The position numbers and the translations under genes are program-made. This document shows positions 1-12,855 of a DNA stretch of 64,000 bases, piece by piece. Position 1 is the first letter of the stretch. Each line of letters begins with the position of its first letter. The notes under the pieces were generated by a model. That model made no database searches, was not told where the DNA came from, and saw nothing but the letters and a program-made list of their open reading frames with translations. The DNA comes from Lama glama (lineage: Eukaryota), in the NCBI GenBank assembly GCA_028534125.1, contig CM052816.1:16308001-16372000 (forward strand). Direction: 5' to 3'.

Positions 1-356
1 TTACCTAACACTGTGTCCATCACACAGCAGGTGCTGCGCAGGTGACTGATGAACATGCTCGAGGTTAAAGTCTGGGCAAGTCATCCATTAAGAATGGAAT
101 GTGAGGGGTTGGGGCAGGGGAGAGGGGAGATGAGCACATAGCTGGCTTGGAGGGTGAACCAGGTTAGAACGGAAAAGTGAACCTGAACAAAATCTAAATC
201 TTTCAAGAATTTACTATACATTTCTTCTGTGTCAAGTTAGATGTGGTCTCTATCCTTATGATGCTTAAAGCCTTGCAGTGGAGGCTATATAAGAAAGTGT
301 AGTAAGTGCTATGAAGAGGGAAGTATGGGTGCTGTGGCAGTGCCTAATTGAGTCTT

Positions 357-1533
357 TCTTTTTTTTTTTTTTACATTTTTTGTTGATTTATAATCATTTT
401 ACAATGTGTCAAATTCCAGTGTTCAGCACAATTTTTCAGTCATTCATGGACATATACACACTCATTGTCACATTTTTTTCTCTGTGAGTTATCATAACAT
501 TTTGTGTATATTTCCCTGTGCTATATAATAATCTTGTTTATCTATTCTATAGTTTTGAAATCCCAGTCTATCCCTTCCCACCCTCCACCCCCCTGGCAAC
601 CACAAGTCTGTATTCTCTGTCTATGAGTCTATTTCTGTCCTGTATTTATGCTTTGTTTTTGTTTGTTTGTTTTTGTTTTTTAGATTCCACATATGAGCGA
701 TCTCATATGGTATTTTTCTTTCTCTTTCTGGCTTACTTCACTTAGAATGACATTCTCCAGGAGCATCCATGTTGCTGCAAATGGCATCATGTTGTCGGTT
801 TTTATGGCTGAGTAGTNNNNNNNNNNNNNNNNNNNNNNNNNNNNNNNNNNNNNNNNNNNNNNNNNNNNNNNNNNNNNNNNNNNNNNNNNNNNNNNNNNNN
901 NNNNNNNNNNNNNNNNNNNNNNNNNNNNNNNNNNNNNNNNNNNNNNNNNNNNNNNNNNNNNNNNNNNNNNNNNNNNNNNNNNNNNNNNNNNNNNNNNNNN
1001 NNNNNNNNNNNNNNNNNNNNNNNNNNNNNNNNNNNNNNNNNNNNNNNNNNNNNNNNNNNNNNNNNNNNNNNNNNNNNNNNNNNNNNNNNNNNNNNNNNNN
1101 NNNNNNNNNNNNNNNNNNNNNNNNNNNNNNNNNNNNNNNNNNNNNNNNNNNNNNNNNNNNNNNNNNNNNNNNNNNNNNNNNNNNNNNNNNNNNNNNNNNN
1201 NNNNNNNNNNNNNNNNNNNNNNNNNNNNNNNNNNNNNNNNNNNNNNNNNNNNNNNNNNNNNNNNNNNNNNNNNNNNNNNNNNNNNNNNNNNNNNNNNNNN
1301 NNNNNNNNNNNNNNNNTGGAGGATTGCTTGTTTAGGTCTTCTGCCCATTTTTGGATTGGGTTGTTTATTTTTTTCTTATTGAGTCGTATGTGCTGCTTAT
1401 GTATTCTGGTGATCAAGCCTTTGTCGGTTTCATTTGCAAAAATTTTCTCCCATTCCATAGGTTGTCTTCTTGTTTTACTTCTGGTTTCCTTTGCTGTGCA
1501 GAAGCTTGTAAGTTTCATTAGGTCCCATTTGTT
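357..1533 (-). mobile_element. Young 5'-truncated L1 (ORF2 C-terminus, 3' UTR, poly(A)) inserted into an L2
   Basis: Minus-strand peptides [26 protein letters not shown] and YSAIK..MPFAATWM..LSEVSQ; poly-T at the left end; perfect 13-bp TSD ctaattgagtctt at 344-356 and 1534-1546. Confidence 0.95.
817..1316. other. Assembly gap, 500 N
   Basis: Run of N inside an L1 copy. Confidence 0.99.
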
Positions 1534-1546
1534 CTAATTGAGTCTT

Positions 1547-1895
1547 CTGAGGTGTATCAGCAAAAGCCTCCTGGATGAAGTGTCTTTTAGATGAGATGTC
1601 TTTTAAACAGATCTTTAAGATGAGTAGGAATTTGCCAGGTAAAGAGGAAAGGAAACAGTTCTAAGCAGACATGTGCAAATGCCTGGAGGTGGGAGATAAG
1701 ATGTCTTTGAGAGTTGGGGAAAAAAAATCCATAAGGCCAGCTATAGACAGGGAGAGGGAAGAGAAAGCTGGAGACATTGATGGGGCTGGATGGTGGAAGG
1801 CCTGGTTCTGGAATTTGGCCTTTTTCCTGAGGCTCTGGAAGACCATTGAATGGTTTCAAGCAGGGGAGAGTAGGATCAAATCCATGCTCTGGCTA
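1547..1895 (-). mobile_element. L2 fragment; continues to the left of the L1, about 290-356
   Basis: aaagcctcctggatgaagtg...gatgagtaggaatttgccaggtaaagagg resembles L2 antisense consensus. Confidence 0.7.
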
Positions 1896-4379
1896 TAAAA
1901 TAATCCTGCTAACATTTAATCAAGGTGTGTACTTGTAGTTCGCTGATCTTTTACCCTAAGACCCTCTGTCACTGCAGTGAAGTCTGTCCACTTGCTCCAA
2001 ATCAGTGAGTGCAAGAGCCTGAAGTGCGGTAGAGAGTGTGGCCTACCCTACACCTGAGCCCTTTGTGTTTGAACTCAGACATGGGGCCCAGGCTGTGTTG
2101 CTGAGCATGTGGTGTTCAGGACTGTAGCTCCCAACTCTTTTGCAGCTTTCCTGCCCTCACCTCAGAGCTCCTTCACAGCAGCTTAAAATTCCTCAGCCGC
2201 TGTACCTTCCTCTGCTTTGTGCTCTCTACAAATTGAAAATTTTTATGACAATGTCAAATCAATGGGAAAAGTTTTGAAAAGTAGGATTGAGAAATAAAGA
2301 CCTCTTTGCCTTTTCTCCCTTCAAGGGAATTTGAAAAATATAGAAATTCAAAGTTGTATGTTAAATATCCTTGGGGTTTCCTTTGCTTTCCTTTTGAAAA
2401 ATTTTTACATTAACCAGAAATCCGACAGAGATGCTTGTTGGAAGATAATTCCTTTTGGCTGGAGCTTAAGCTCCATGTTGTGAGCTTTTTAATTTTCTTT
2501 CGTTGGTGGTGGGTTGGGATCCAACTGTGCAGTCACCAGAGCTCATCACAGCCCTGTTGCCGGGCAAGTTATCTCTGTGAATCTATGTTTTCCCCTTGTA
2601 CCTACCTGATGAAAGCCAAATTAAATCAATTTTTAATCAAGGAGACGAATGATGGGTTTTTCCTAGGAAAAGAAACCACAAGGCCCCAAAGTACTGGATG
2701 CAATAAAAAGTGAAGTTTTTATTTGCATGTATGCTGTTAGGCATGGCTTTAATGTCAGGGAAACAGGAGGTGCTATTAAAGTAGTGTTTGGAAATATGCC
2801 ATCCCAGGCAGATGAAGGAGAGTGCTTTTTTCTCTGCCGTTCTTCTCTTTCATAGTTTGTGCAGCCTTTGTGTTCCCAGCACCTTGCACAGGTACAAAGT
2901 ATATAGTAGGTGCCTGGAGACATCTGAATGGAAGGATGGTTTTGAGCAGGGCCCTCTTTGTCTCCTGTTGCCTCTTGCCTCCAGCCTCTCAGTCTGATTA
3001 TTTGTTCATTTCTTCATTCATTTGTTCATTCATTCAACATTTATTGCTTCTGGGCTGGTGGGAGGGCCAGTGGTAAGGGATGGGATGAAAAGAAGTTTCC
3101 AGTGAGTTGAGGCTAAGCACCATGGCCAGATCTCTCCCTCCTCTTCAGTACATTTTATCCTTTATTTTGGGAAATTGATTTCTAAGCTACTGTCAGCACC
3201 AATATCATTCTCCCCCAAATTGCTCTCTTCTACCTGCTTTGTTGGAAGGAAATGGCATCCCTTGTGGCAGAGGGAGTAGGGATGAAGCCTCTTCAGCTCA
3301 GTGATGATCCCCATAGTATGTCTCCACAGGCTGTGAAGGATGGGGCTTTGGAGAGGGGCAAGTTTGCATTGCCTGCAATTTGATTCCCATAGTCAGAGGC
3401 TGGCTTTGGGCTCTGGGCTCCCAAGGCGTTGGTATCTTCCGAGGACTCAAGCAAGACACCGAATCCTCATGCAGCCTGCATTCCAGCTTGTTACTGTAGT
3501 TGAGTGGGTTGCCTGAGTAATGTACTTCATCTGAGGCTTTTACTGAGGGTCTTTCAGAGGAACTCAGGATACTGAGTGGGTTATTCCAGAAACCCTGGGC
3601 TGAGAAAATAAGAGGTTAATTAAAGCTATGCGCCTTCTGCTTCCTCACTGTGATGATCCACTTGGGTTGCCCTCACCTGAATGGTGGTGGTAGTGTGGTT
3701 TATCAATTTGGGCGGGTGAACAGGAAGGGAGACAGTAGATAAAATTGGCAGTAATTAATGGATGGGCAGGGGGTGGAAGGGAAATGGTGGAAAGCAGAGG
3801 GAGATATTGAGGGGAGCCCCTGGGTTGCTGACTTGTACAGTAAAGCCAGACAAAACTAGAGGAGGATCAGTACTGTGGAGGGAAGAGTATGAGCTTAGTT
3901 TTGGACTTGTTGAATGTGAAAACCATACAGAGGAGAGTAGAGCAGATATATCCTTCAGGGATAATGTGCCTGGACTTTCAGACTGTTTTCCTGTTCAGGT
4001 TATCCACTTGGGTTTTAGGCTACTGTCAGGGGTAATGCAGTCCAACTCCAAATTCTGTTTATCTGACTCCTTCTATTAATAGATGTTGAGAATTTGCCGG
4101 AGTTGACAAACCACTAAACTGCAAGGCAAAGGAATGAGTTCATAGGCAAAATTCACAAACAGTAGTGACCCTCTTAGCAGGCTTCTATTTCCTGTCTGTA
4201 GTCTCCCTTTTACCATGGGTTAGTTCTGAAAAGGAGATTCCAGAGCTTTGTTAAGACAGTGCAATGAGCTGTGTGTTTGAAACCCATCTGACTCATCTGG
4301 CAGAGTGAGTTCTTGTATATCATGATGCCATTCCCCATAAGCCCTTTGCCCCAGTATGTTGAATTAAATGCATGTTCCA

Positions 4380-4725
4380 AGTTTCATGCCTCCAGGCCTT
4401 CAAAATGCAGTCTTGCCTCTGTTTCAGATGCTTTTCTCACTGTCTTTGTTTGACTAATTCTTTTTCCTCTTCTAGGAAGTCCTCTCTGACCCCCATCTCC
4501 TGACAAAGATACCTGTTCTTACCCACCTCAGAGTTGTCTAGCCATCTCTGTCAGGGTTCTTTCAACCCAGTGCTTACTATAACTACTGATTTACTTATCC
4601 ATTTCCATTGCCCATTTGGAAGCTCCTGAACAACAGGATCCTTTAGTTAACCTTTGTATCTCCAGCACCTGGCACATGTCTGGGATGTAGCAGGTCTCAA
4701 TAAACAGTTGTTGAAGGATGAATAA
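4380..4725 (+). mobile_element. L2 3' end
   Basis: Ends cacctggcacat...ctcaataaacagttgttgaaggatgaat, a typical L2 tail. Confidence 0.75.
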
Positions 4726-5183
4726 TCTGCTGGTTGGATGTATTGGAGGTGGTAACAACTAGATGTGTATTCCCTAATAGGCAGTAAGAGTTTCTTCATC
4801 TTTTCATAGTAAACAAATTTTTGCTGTTTTGATAGCTTTCCTGTATGGGAGAGCGAACATGGTCTTTGCAAAAATATTTTTATGGGTTGGTGTGGCTGTT
4901 AAGTGCTCATCTGGGGTTGAAATGGCTTTGGCATGGGTGTGAAACTGCAGGTAGTAAGTGAGCAGTGTATCTGGGCTGGATAGGCATAGTGCTCTTGTAT
5001 TTTTGTGGATGCTCTGCATGTTTTTGTGAGCTGCAGCCCAAACATCTAGGTTCTCCGAAGACAGGGCTTGTGCCTGGCTGTTGATGGGAGTGGTTGCCTT
5101 TCAGAGTGAGAAACTGTAATATTAATCAAGTCTCTTCTACAGTGTTTTCTATTGGCATTACCAGGGGCTGCAGTGGTTGTTTT

Positions 5184-5242
5184 TTTTTTTTTTAACTGAG
5201 TTATAGTCAGTTTACAATGTTGTGTCAATTTCCAGTGTAGAG
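5184..5242 (-). mobile_element. Very short (about 60 bp) L1 3'-terminal insertion
   Basis: Poly-T then gagttatagtcagtttacaatgttgtgtcaatttcc, the reverse complement of the L1 end at about 32990-33030; imperfect TSD at 5168-5183 and 5243-5258. Confidence 0.8.
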
Positions 5243-7284
5243 CTACTGTGGCTGTTTTAAGGAGAGCTGCCACAAAAGGAATCCCTGAGCAGTGGGAGTC
5301 AGGATGGAATAATTGGAAAGAATTGCTTCCTACTTTGTGTCAGGCCAGGCCCTTCAGGCAAACGAGAAGGTGTAGGGAAGGTGCTGAGTGACAGTCACAA
5401 AAAAGTAAGTCCAACTGAGAGGTGAGGGGATAGTTTTGTAAGGAAACTAGGAAGAACTGGGGACTGTGCTATAAGGATGAGACAAGGGAGGGCCTCTTGG
5501 CATCTCTCACACCCTTGGTGTTCTTAAAATGATACTGTCTTAGTCATGACCCAATATTGGGTTCAGAGCATCTCCTACCTAAAAAGTGGGCTCCAAATGC
5601 TTATTGATCCTCGGCTGAATGTGCTCTGCCTGGAGGCCGATTGTGAAACTGATTATTTTAGGATATGTTTACCTGAGCAGGTAGCTGGCATGTAACCCTC
5701 TTTCAGCAAATCTGGTGCTGTGAGAAGGCTAGTTGGCAAGTCATCCATCCCCATGGAGCCTGCTGTGGCAAGAGAGACTTCTTGGGGTCCTGCTGGCATC
5801 CCCGTCACAGGCTCACTCACTGGAACCTAGAAGCCCTATGCAGGCTCCAATTTAGGATGCTGCTGTTGGCTGAGCTGTACCCCTGTCAGTTGCAGGCTGA
5901 TAACTCCTGGCAGGCTGAGATTTGGTTGGTGGCATCTTGCAGAGCCCCCTGACCCTACCTGCTGTCATAAATCTTGTTGTATCCCCCTTGTACACATGCT
6001 TCAGTGTCTCGTGATATACCAGTCTTATTAAGAACGGATACCAGATGGGAAAAGCATCTTCTCTTGGGTTTCTGTGTGCTTTTTTTTTTTTTTAAAGAAA
6101 CATTAAAAAAAATTGTAGCCTCGCTTGGCGATTTTCCAGGCTCAGGATGTGTTTGTCATGTTCTTGCTGCCCTGTGGAGACCAGCAGAGCTGTAAAGAGA
6201 AACCACCTCATTAGGAGACTCTAGAAGAAAACTGGGCTCTCCTGGCACTTCCTCAGGGATTTGGGCCCCTCCTCTTCCACAGCCTGCGAAGGCCAGGGCC
6301 TGGGAATGGCTCCCCAGGGCAGTATGCTCTGTACCAGTGTCCAAGGATCTTAAGGAATTTAATTAAGCAACTAATAGACCAGGAGATGTTTAAAGTTAAA
6401 GTGTGATTTTGTTGACCATTAAACAGTTACCTAAATATCAATTAATTAGTGCTTTTTTAATATTGCTTCTTGAACTCAAGTTTGATTTCTGCAGTTGGCA
6501 TAGATACTTGACAAACTCAAGTTCAGTGTGGAGGTGTGGGGCACAGTTCATCATGGACTTGGAGGAGGAGGGGAAGAGATAACACATAATTTACAGCTGT
6601 TGAAATAATTCAGCTGTTTCCCTTGCTGATTGCTCTCCTCTGTACTGCTGATGCAGTGAATTGTTAATGGGATGGACTCTTGCTGTGCCAATCAGGGCTG
6701 GGGATGAGGCCATCTTGATTGTTGGGAATAAACTGTACGGTTGGGAGTAGTTTAAATTTGAAACTAACGCCACATTCCTCCTTAATCCCAGCACAGGATC
6801 TCAGCTTTGGGATATGCTTCTATGAGGGTTGCATCCTGTTGTGCGAAAGCAGACACTGAAGTGTGGAAGTTACTGATTGGGTAATGTGGGGAAGAGGGGA
6901 AATGAGAGTCTCTGGCGGGGGTTCAGTTAACAGAGCTGCAGACAAGCTGAGTTGCCCATAGACAGAGAAGGTACCTCTATGGAGTGGTTGGTGAGCCTTC
7001 AGAAGGTCTCCTCACCTGAAAAATCTGCTCTCCACACTTTCCAGTGTGTTACTGTTTTGGATTAAAGTGTTCATCTGTTCACCTCTTCATCTCTCCAGCC
7101 ACCCCATTCCTTCACCTATTTATCAGCCATGCATTTATTGAGTGTCTACTGTGTCCTAGACACAGCTAGAGATGAAACAGTGGATGAAGGAAAGAGTCTT
7201 TCCCTTAGTGAGTTTACAGTATAGTTTGGTGGGTCTAATGATAGCTGCAGAGAGAATTACAGTAGTGTATGGAGGACCGACAAA

Positions 7285-7560
7285 ACACAGCAAATCAAAC
7301 CCAGCAGAATATAAAAACGATCATCTGACCAAGTTGGACTTACCCGAGAAATGCAAGGGTGGTTTCACACTGGAAAATCTACACATAAAATTTTCTACTT
7401 TAGTAGGTTAGTGGGAAAACTGTATGATCATCTTATTGAGAAAATGTGATAAAGTTTAACACCATTCATGATAAAAAACCTTTTAGCTATTTAGAAATAG
7501 AAAGATATTCTTTACCTTAACCAAGAATATCTGCCAAAAAAAAAACAACAGGAAACATTT
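7285..7560 (+). mobile_element. Old L1M ORF2 (RT-region) fragment
   Basis: ccagcagaatataaaaacgatcat..gaccaagttgga..aatgcaagggtggtttcac resembles L1 ORF2. Confidence 0.7.
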
Positions 7561-7664
7561 TTTATTTCTTAAAGTTTTAGAAGAGAGAAAAATATAATGA
7601 TGTACCCATGTGCCCATTATCCAGTTTCAGCAATTAACAACTCATGGGTAATCTTATGTTCTAT

Positions 7665-8978
7665 TTTAGAGAGGTAAAATATATATAGCAAAAAAAAATT
7701 GCCATTTTAACCATTTTAGGTGTACAATTCAGTGGTTTTAATTACATTCATAATGTTTTGCAACCATTACCACTGTCTACTTCCAAAACTTTATTTCCTC
7801 AAACAGAAACTTCCCATACCTACCCACTCCCCGCAGCCGCTGGTGACCTGTAATCTACTTTCATCTCTATGAATTTGCCTATTCTAGATATTTCATATAA
7901 GTGGAATTATACAGTATTTGTCCTTTTGTGTCTGGCTCATTTTACTTAGCCAGAAAATTTACATTATTTTATAATGTTTTCAAGGTTCATTTATGTTGTA
8001 GAATGCATCAGAACTTCAGTTCCTTTTATAACTGAATAATATGTCACTGTATGGAAATATACCATATAAAAATCTGTTTAAAAATTTTATTTATCTATTG
8101 ATGGATACTTAAATCATTTCCACCTTTTTTGGCTACTATCAACAACATTTGCATGCTAGTATCGGCTTGAGTCTCTGTTTTCAGATATTTGGGTTATGGG
8201 AGTGGAATTGCTGGGTCATATGATAATTTTATGTTTAGATTTTTGAAGAATTGTTGAACTTTCCCATGGTGGCTACCCCCTTTATATTCTCACTGTATTG
8301 TACCAGTTTTCCATATCTTTGCCAACACTTAACTTTCAATTAAAAAACATGGCCATCCTAATAGGTGCCAAATAGTATCTCACTGTGGCTTTGATTTGCA
8401 TTTCCATAATGGCTAATGATACTAAGAGTCATTTCATATACTTATTGACTATTTGTATATCTTATTTGAAGAAATAGGTATTCAAGATCTTTGCCCATTT
8501 TGAAATTGGGTTGCTTGTCTTTTTGTTGCTGAGTTTTAGAAGTAGTTCATACGTTGTGGATATTAAACCCTTATGTGATTTGCAAACATTTTCTCACATT
8601 ATGTTAGTTGTATTTTCATTCTTTACTGGTGTCCCTTGAGGTGCAAAAGTTTTAAAATTTTGATGCAGTCCAGTTTATCTACTTTTTCTTTTATCACCTG
8701 TGGGCTTTTTGTCATATTTAAGAAACTGTTGCCCAATCCAAGGTCATGAAATTTTGCCCTTATGCTTTCTTTCAAGAATGTTAGTTTTAGCTGTTAAATT
8801 TGGGTCTTGATCCATTTTTAGCCAATGGTACCTTTGTTAAAAAATCAATTGATGTAATGCTATGAAAGTGTATGTTTGTTCTTACCTCAATATAAGAGTA
8901 TATGTTTATCTTTATATCAGTACCATGCTATTTTGATTATTGTAGCTTGGTGGTAAAGTTTTAAAATCAGAATATGTG
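7665..8978 (-). mobile_element. L1MB/MA-like element (3' UTR and ORF2 end), antisense
   Basis: Characteristic antisense L1 text: gccattttaaccattttaggtgtacaattcagtgg; gatttgcatttccataatggctaatgat; ctttgcccattttgaaattggg. Confidence 0.9.
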
Positions 8979-9525
8979 AGTATACAGATTCAGTGCAATC
9001 CCTATCAAATTACCAATAGCATTTTTTACAGAACTGGAATAAAACATTTTTAAATTCATAAGGAAACACAAAAGACCCTGAATAGCCAAAACAATCTTGA
9101 GAAAGAAGAATGGAGCTGGCGGAATCATGCTCCCTGACTTCAGACCATAGTACAAAGCTACAGCAATCAAAACAGTATGGTACTGGCACAGAAACAACCA
9201 CATAGATCAATGGAACGGGATAGAAAGTCCAGAAATAAACCCACATGCTTATGGTCAATTGATCTATGACAAAGGAGGCAAGAATATGCAATGGAGAAAA
9301 GACAGTCTCTTCAGTAAGTGGTGCTGGGAAAACTGGACAGCTACCTATAAAAAAATGAAATTAGAGAATTCTTTAATACCATATACAAAAATAAACTCAA
9401 AATGGATTAAAGACCTAAATGTAAGATGGGGTACTACAAAGCTCCTAGAGGAAAACAATAGGCAGAACATTATTTGACATAAATTGTAGCAGTATTTTTT
9501 TTTGAACCAGCTCCTAGAGTAATCC
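8979..9525 (+). mobile_element. Internal L1 ORF2 fragment, sense, less diverged
   Basis: Encodes [39 protein letters not shown] (L1 ORF2). Confidence 0.92.
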
Positions 9526-11589
9526 TGCCAAAAGGATTCTGTGTACCTGTTTTTATGTACCACCATAGTCTATATTTTCACCTACTTTAATTACATTATT
9601 TTCCATTGTGTATTCCTGATAATCCCTTTTTAGATTGTTGATTTTATTCAACCAGTAGTGCCAGGCACAATGCTCAGCAGTGAGGATACAGCAGTGGATT
9701 TGGTAGACAGTTGTCCCTACCCTTGTGAAGCTCCTAGTCTGATGGGTTCTGGTTGTCACGGCCCATGAAATGGAATTTCACTGACCATGCAGCAACCTTG
9801 GAGAGCATGAGGAGGTTGTTTAGCCTGTAGCCCTGTCTCCTATCGCTGGTTTATAAAATACAAGTGAAGCCCTAGCAGGACAGTGGCAGTTCTGCTTCTA
9901 ACTAGGCTCTCAGCAAAGCCCAGGATGGGGAGCCCTGGGACCATGGCAGAGTCAGCTCTGAAATGGGGCTGCTGCAGCAGAGAGGACTGCTGTTTCCTAG
10001 GCAATACTCTGCTTAATATTTTTAGTGTGTGGTCATGGCAGAACTAAATGTGGTTTCTGATCCCAAATTGGTAATAAATGTAGACGTATTTAGAGTCAGA
10101 AACAATGCATTTAAAATCCTGTGCTCCTTAATTGTCTTGCCAAGTGCTGAGTTTAGGTTTCTTTGTTTCTTGGCTACCCACCCAGCCTCCCACCATCTCT
10201 CAGAGAAGGCACCCAGATTTTCTTTGGGTGTTAAGTGGGATTGTGAAAGCCGTGAGTTATGGCTCCTTGAGCTCTGTTGAGGAGTGTCTGATTTTTGTGT
10301 TTCTGCCCACGTATGTAAATGTGTACATTTTAAAATCCATCCTCCTTTCAAGTTTTTAAGGATCTGGGATTATAAATAGTCTTGGACTCTCAGTCATGTT
10401 AAAAATAAAACATGCTTCAGTTGCTGACTTACCTGGAATACATAGTCAACCAGCATGGTAGTGGCGAGTTCAGTGCTTGGTGACCTGTCTTTGAGCTGCC
10501 ACTAAGGGTTTCTGTAAGTAAATGCTGCTTTCTTGGGGATTCCTCAATTAGTTTAAGAAGCCCCCTAATTGTTACCTATCTCATCATTTCAAAGTTGTAA
10601 TTTGTGTCTCAGGTTGCCCAGAACAGTATCTGTTTTCTTGTGGAGTATTCCTTAAGAGGCCTTTCTTTTTAATTATACTATCAGTGATTCAGATGTGGAA
10701 AGCCATACTGTTCATTGATTGTGAATAGGATGTAAGCCACCTGAGGGCAGTGGTGGTATCTTTTGCATGTTCTGTTCTACAGTATGATTCCCAGTGTGCT
10801 CAGGGGATCTGAGGTATCTGTTCCTAAAGTATGAATGCTGAATGCTTATAATCCAAAGTGCCAGAGTGGCTGGCACAGAGTAAGGGTTGGTATACTTACT
10901 GATTTTCAGATAGTCCGTTTGGAGCTATGGAGTAGAAGTCATACCTTCCTCCCTATCATAGTCCCACTATGAGACCCTGACCTCTGGAAGTTGAGAGATG
11001 ACAGGGGAAAGGAAAGATAAACTCTGATCCCTGCCCAGGCCCAGACTATGGTATGTAAATGAGTGTATGAAAGTCCTTGGTGTTGTTAGGGAGCAGGCTG
11101 TAAAGAAAGCCCATAATGCTTATTGTCAGGAAATCTAGTTATTAGTTTAGAAGGAGAGGGAAGGAGAGGGCCTGGAGCCCTTACTCCCTAGATGCCAGCT
11201 GACCCTGTCTAGGGTAGTCCAAGCAGTTTAAGTGTGCTGAATTTGCCCCTATTGCTCCTGATTTCCTTATTCTCCATTACAGGTGGGAGAGCAGCAGCAG
11301 GAATTTGGAAACAGGCCTGAGTCACCAGGAAGCTAGGCTCTAAAGTGGCTGTTCTGAGTTAACTCTTCAGTGGGGACTGATACAGAGCCAGCCAGTATTG
11401 CTTAAAGGTTTCAGTGGAAATGCCTTTGTAGTCACCTAGAGTGTGGTCCAGGTGTGTGGGCAGACTGGTTGCTCAGGGAAGCTAGGTTTCAAGGAGAGAC
11501 TTGGTTTTCAGAATAGAAAACAATTTTATATGTTTATCCTGTCCTTTGCTTAAAATTTTCTCTAACAGTTGTTAGAGCTACAAGCTTCT

Positions 11590-11800
11590 TGAGCCCTTGC
11601 TTTGTGGCAGGCATTGTGCTGTATGCGTAGTATCATCTCATTTAATACTAACAACCATCCTACAAAATAGTTACTGTCAAGTCCCATTTTAGATGAAGGA
11701 ATTGAAACTTGGAGAGAGGTTAAGCAGCAGTCCAAAGTCTCACAACCAGTTGGGGAGACCTGGGTCAATATCCAGAGCCCAGATTCTTTTCATTACACTG
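11590..11800 (-). mobile_element. MIR
   Basis: cccattttagatgaaggaattgaaacttggagagaggttaag MIR core. Confidence 0.75.
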
Positions 11801-12619
11801 GAGTAGAGATGGAGTTGAGTGGAGCTTCTGATAAGCTTGGCTGCTATCACCAGACACAGACTGATCACTCTCAGGACCTTATGTGGAGTCAGGGAGCAAG
11901 TATAAGGAGTAGGTCTCCTTGGCCACTCCCTGCTAGGAACTTGCAATATATGGCCTAATGGAAAGTACACTGACCAGGTCCAGGGTATTTCTCTAATTTA
12001 CCTGGTTACTTGCTGATGTGCTTAGGCAAGCCCCATTCACCTTTAGGGCCTCCATTTTCTTCATCTGTTATGTAGAAATAATCCTGTCCTGTATGTTTCC
12101 TGGGTGGGGAATAGGATCATAGACTAGTTGGAAATGAGCTTAGGTATTATCTTGGCCAACTTTTACCCAACATAGTTCCCTCCTCCCCACTGCTGAGTTC
12201 TTGCCAGACAGTTGGGTATGTATGAGGGGAATGCCTGGTGCTGGGCTCTGTGAAGGGGAGCAAGGAATGTTTTTGCTTCTTGTACAGCTGGAAAGCCTGA
12301 ATTACGAGTTCAGAGGTCAAGTCACACAGGGTGCCAGTGAACTGATTGCATTATGAGTCAAGGGCATTCTTTCTCTTGAATGTCTGTGCCTCTACTGTGG
12401 GTGGGGCTGTGCCAAGGACATAAAGTAATCAAAATGTGTGTGTGTCTGTGTTTGTGTATGATGTGTGGAAATTTGGATGCGTGCATTAGAAGTGGGTCTT
12501 TCCACAAGAGGGCCCCAGTAGGCTCACTTAAAAATTTCTCTACTGACCAAAATGTGTGCATTTTTATTCACAGTGTTGCAGAACAAATAAAATGAATGGC
12601 TGATTTCATAGTCCATGGA

Positions 12620-12855
12620 AAGGCAGCATGATCTGTGGGAAGAGCATAGGTGCTGGGGCCCAACTAGTTTTGATTCCTGACTCTCCCACTCTCTCGCTAT
12701 GGGCAAATTATTTAACCTCTCTGAATTTTAACCCTCATGGTTAAAATGAGCAGCATGTTAGAACCCCATCAGAGGGTTGTTGTGAAGAGAAAATAAGCTT
12801 AGAACTTTGCTTGGAACACAGAAAGTGCCCTATAAATGTTGACTATAATTATTAT
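12620..12855 (+). mobile_element. MIR
   Basis: gggcaaattatttaacctctctgaa...agggttgttgtgaaga MIR core. Confidence 0.75.

Noticed and set aside
680..1518. Long ORFs spanning N runs (also 17244-18003 and 36254-37075)
   Set aside because: Artefacts of translating gaps; the flanks are L1 or non-coding.
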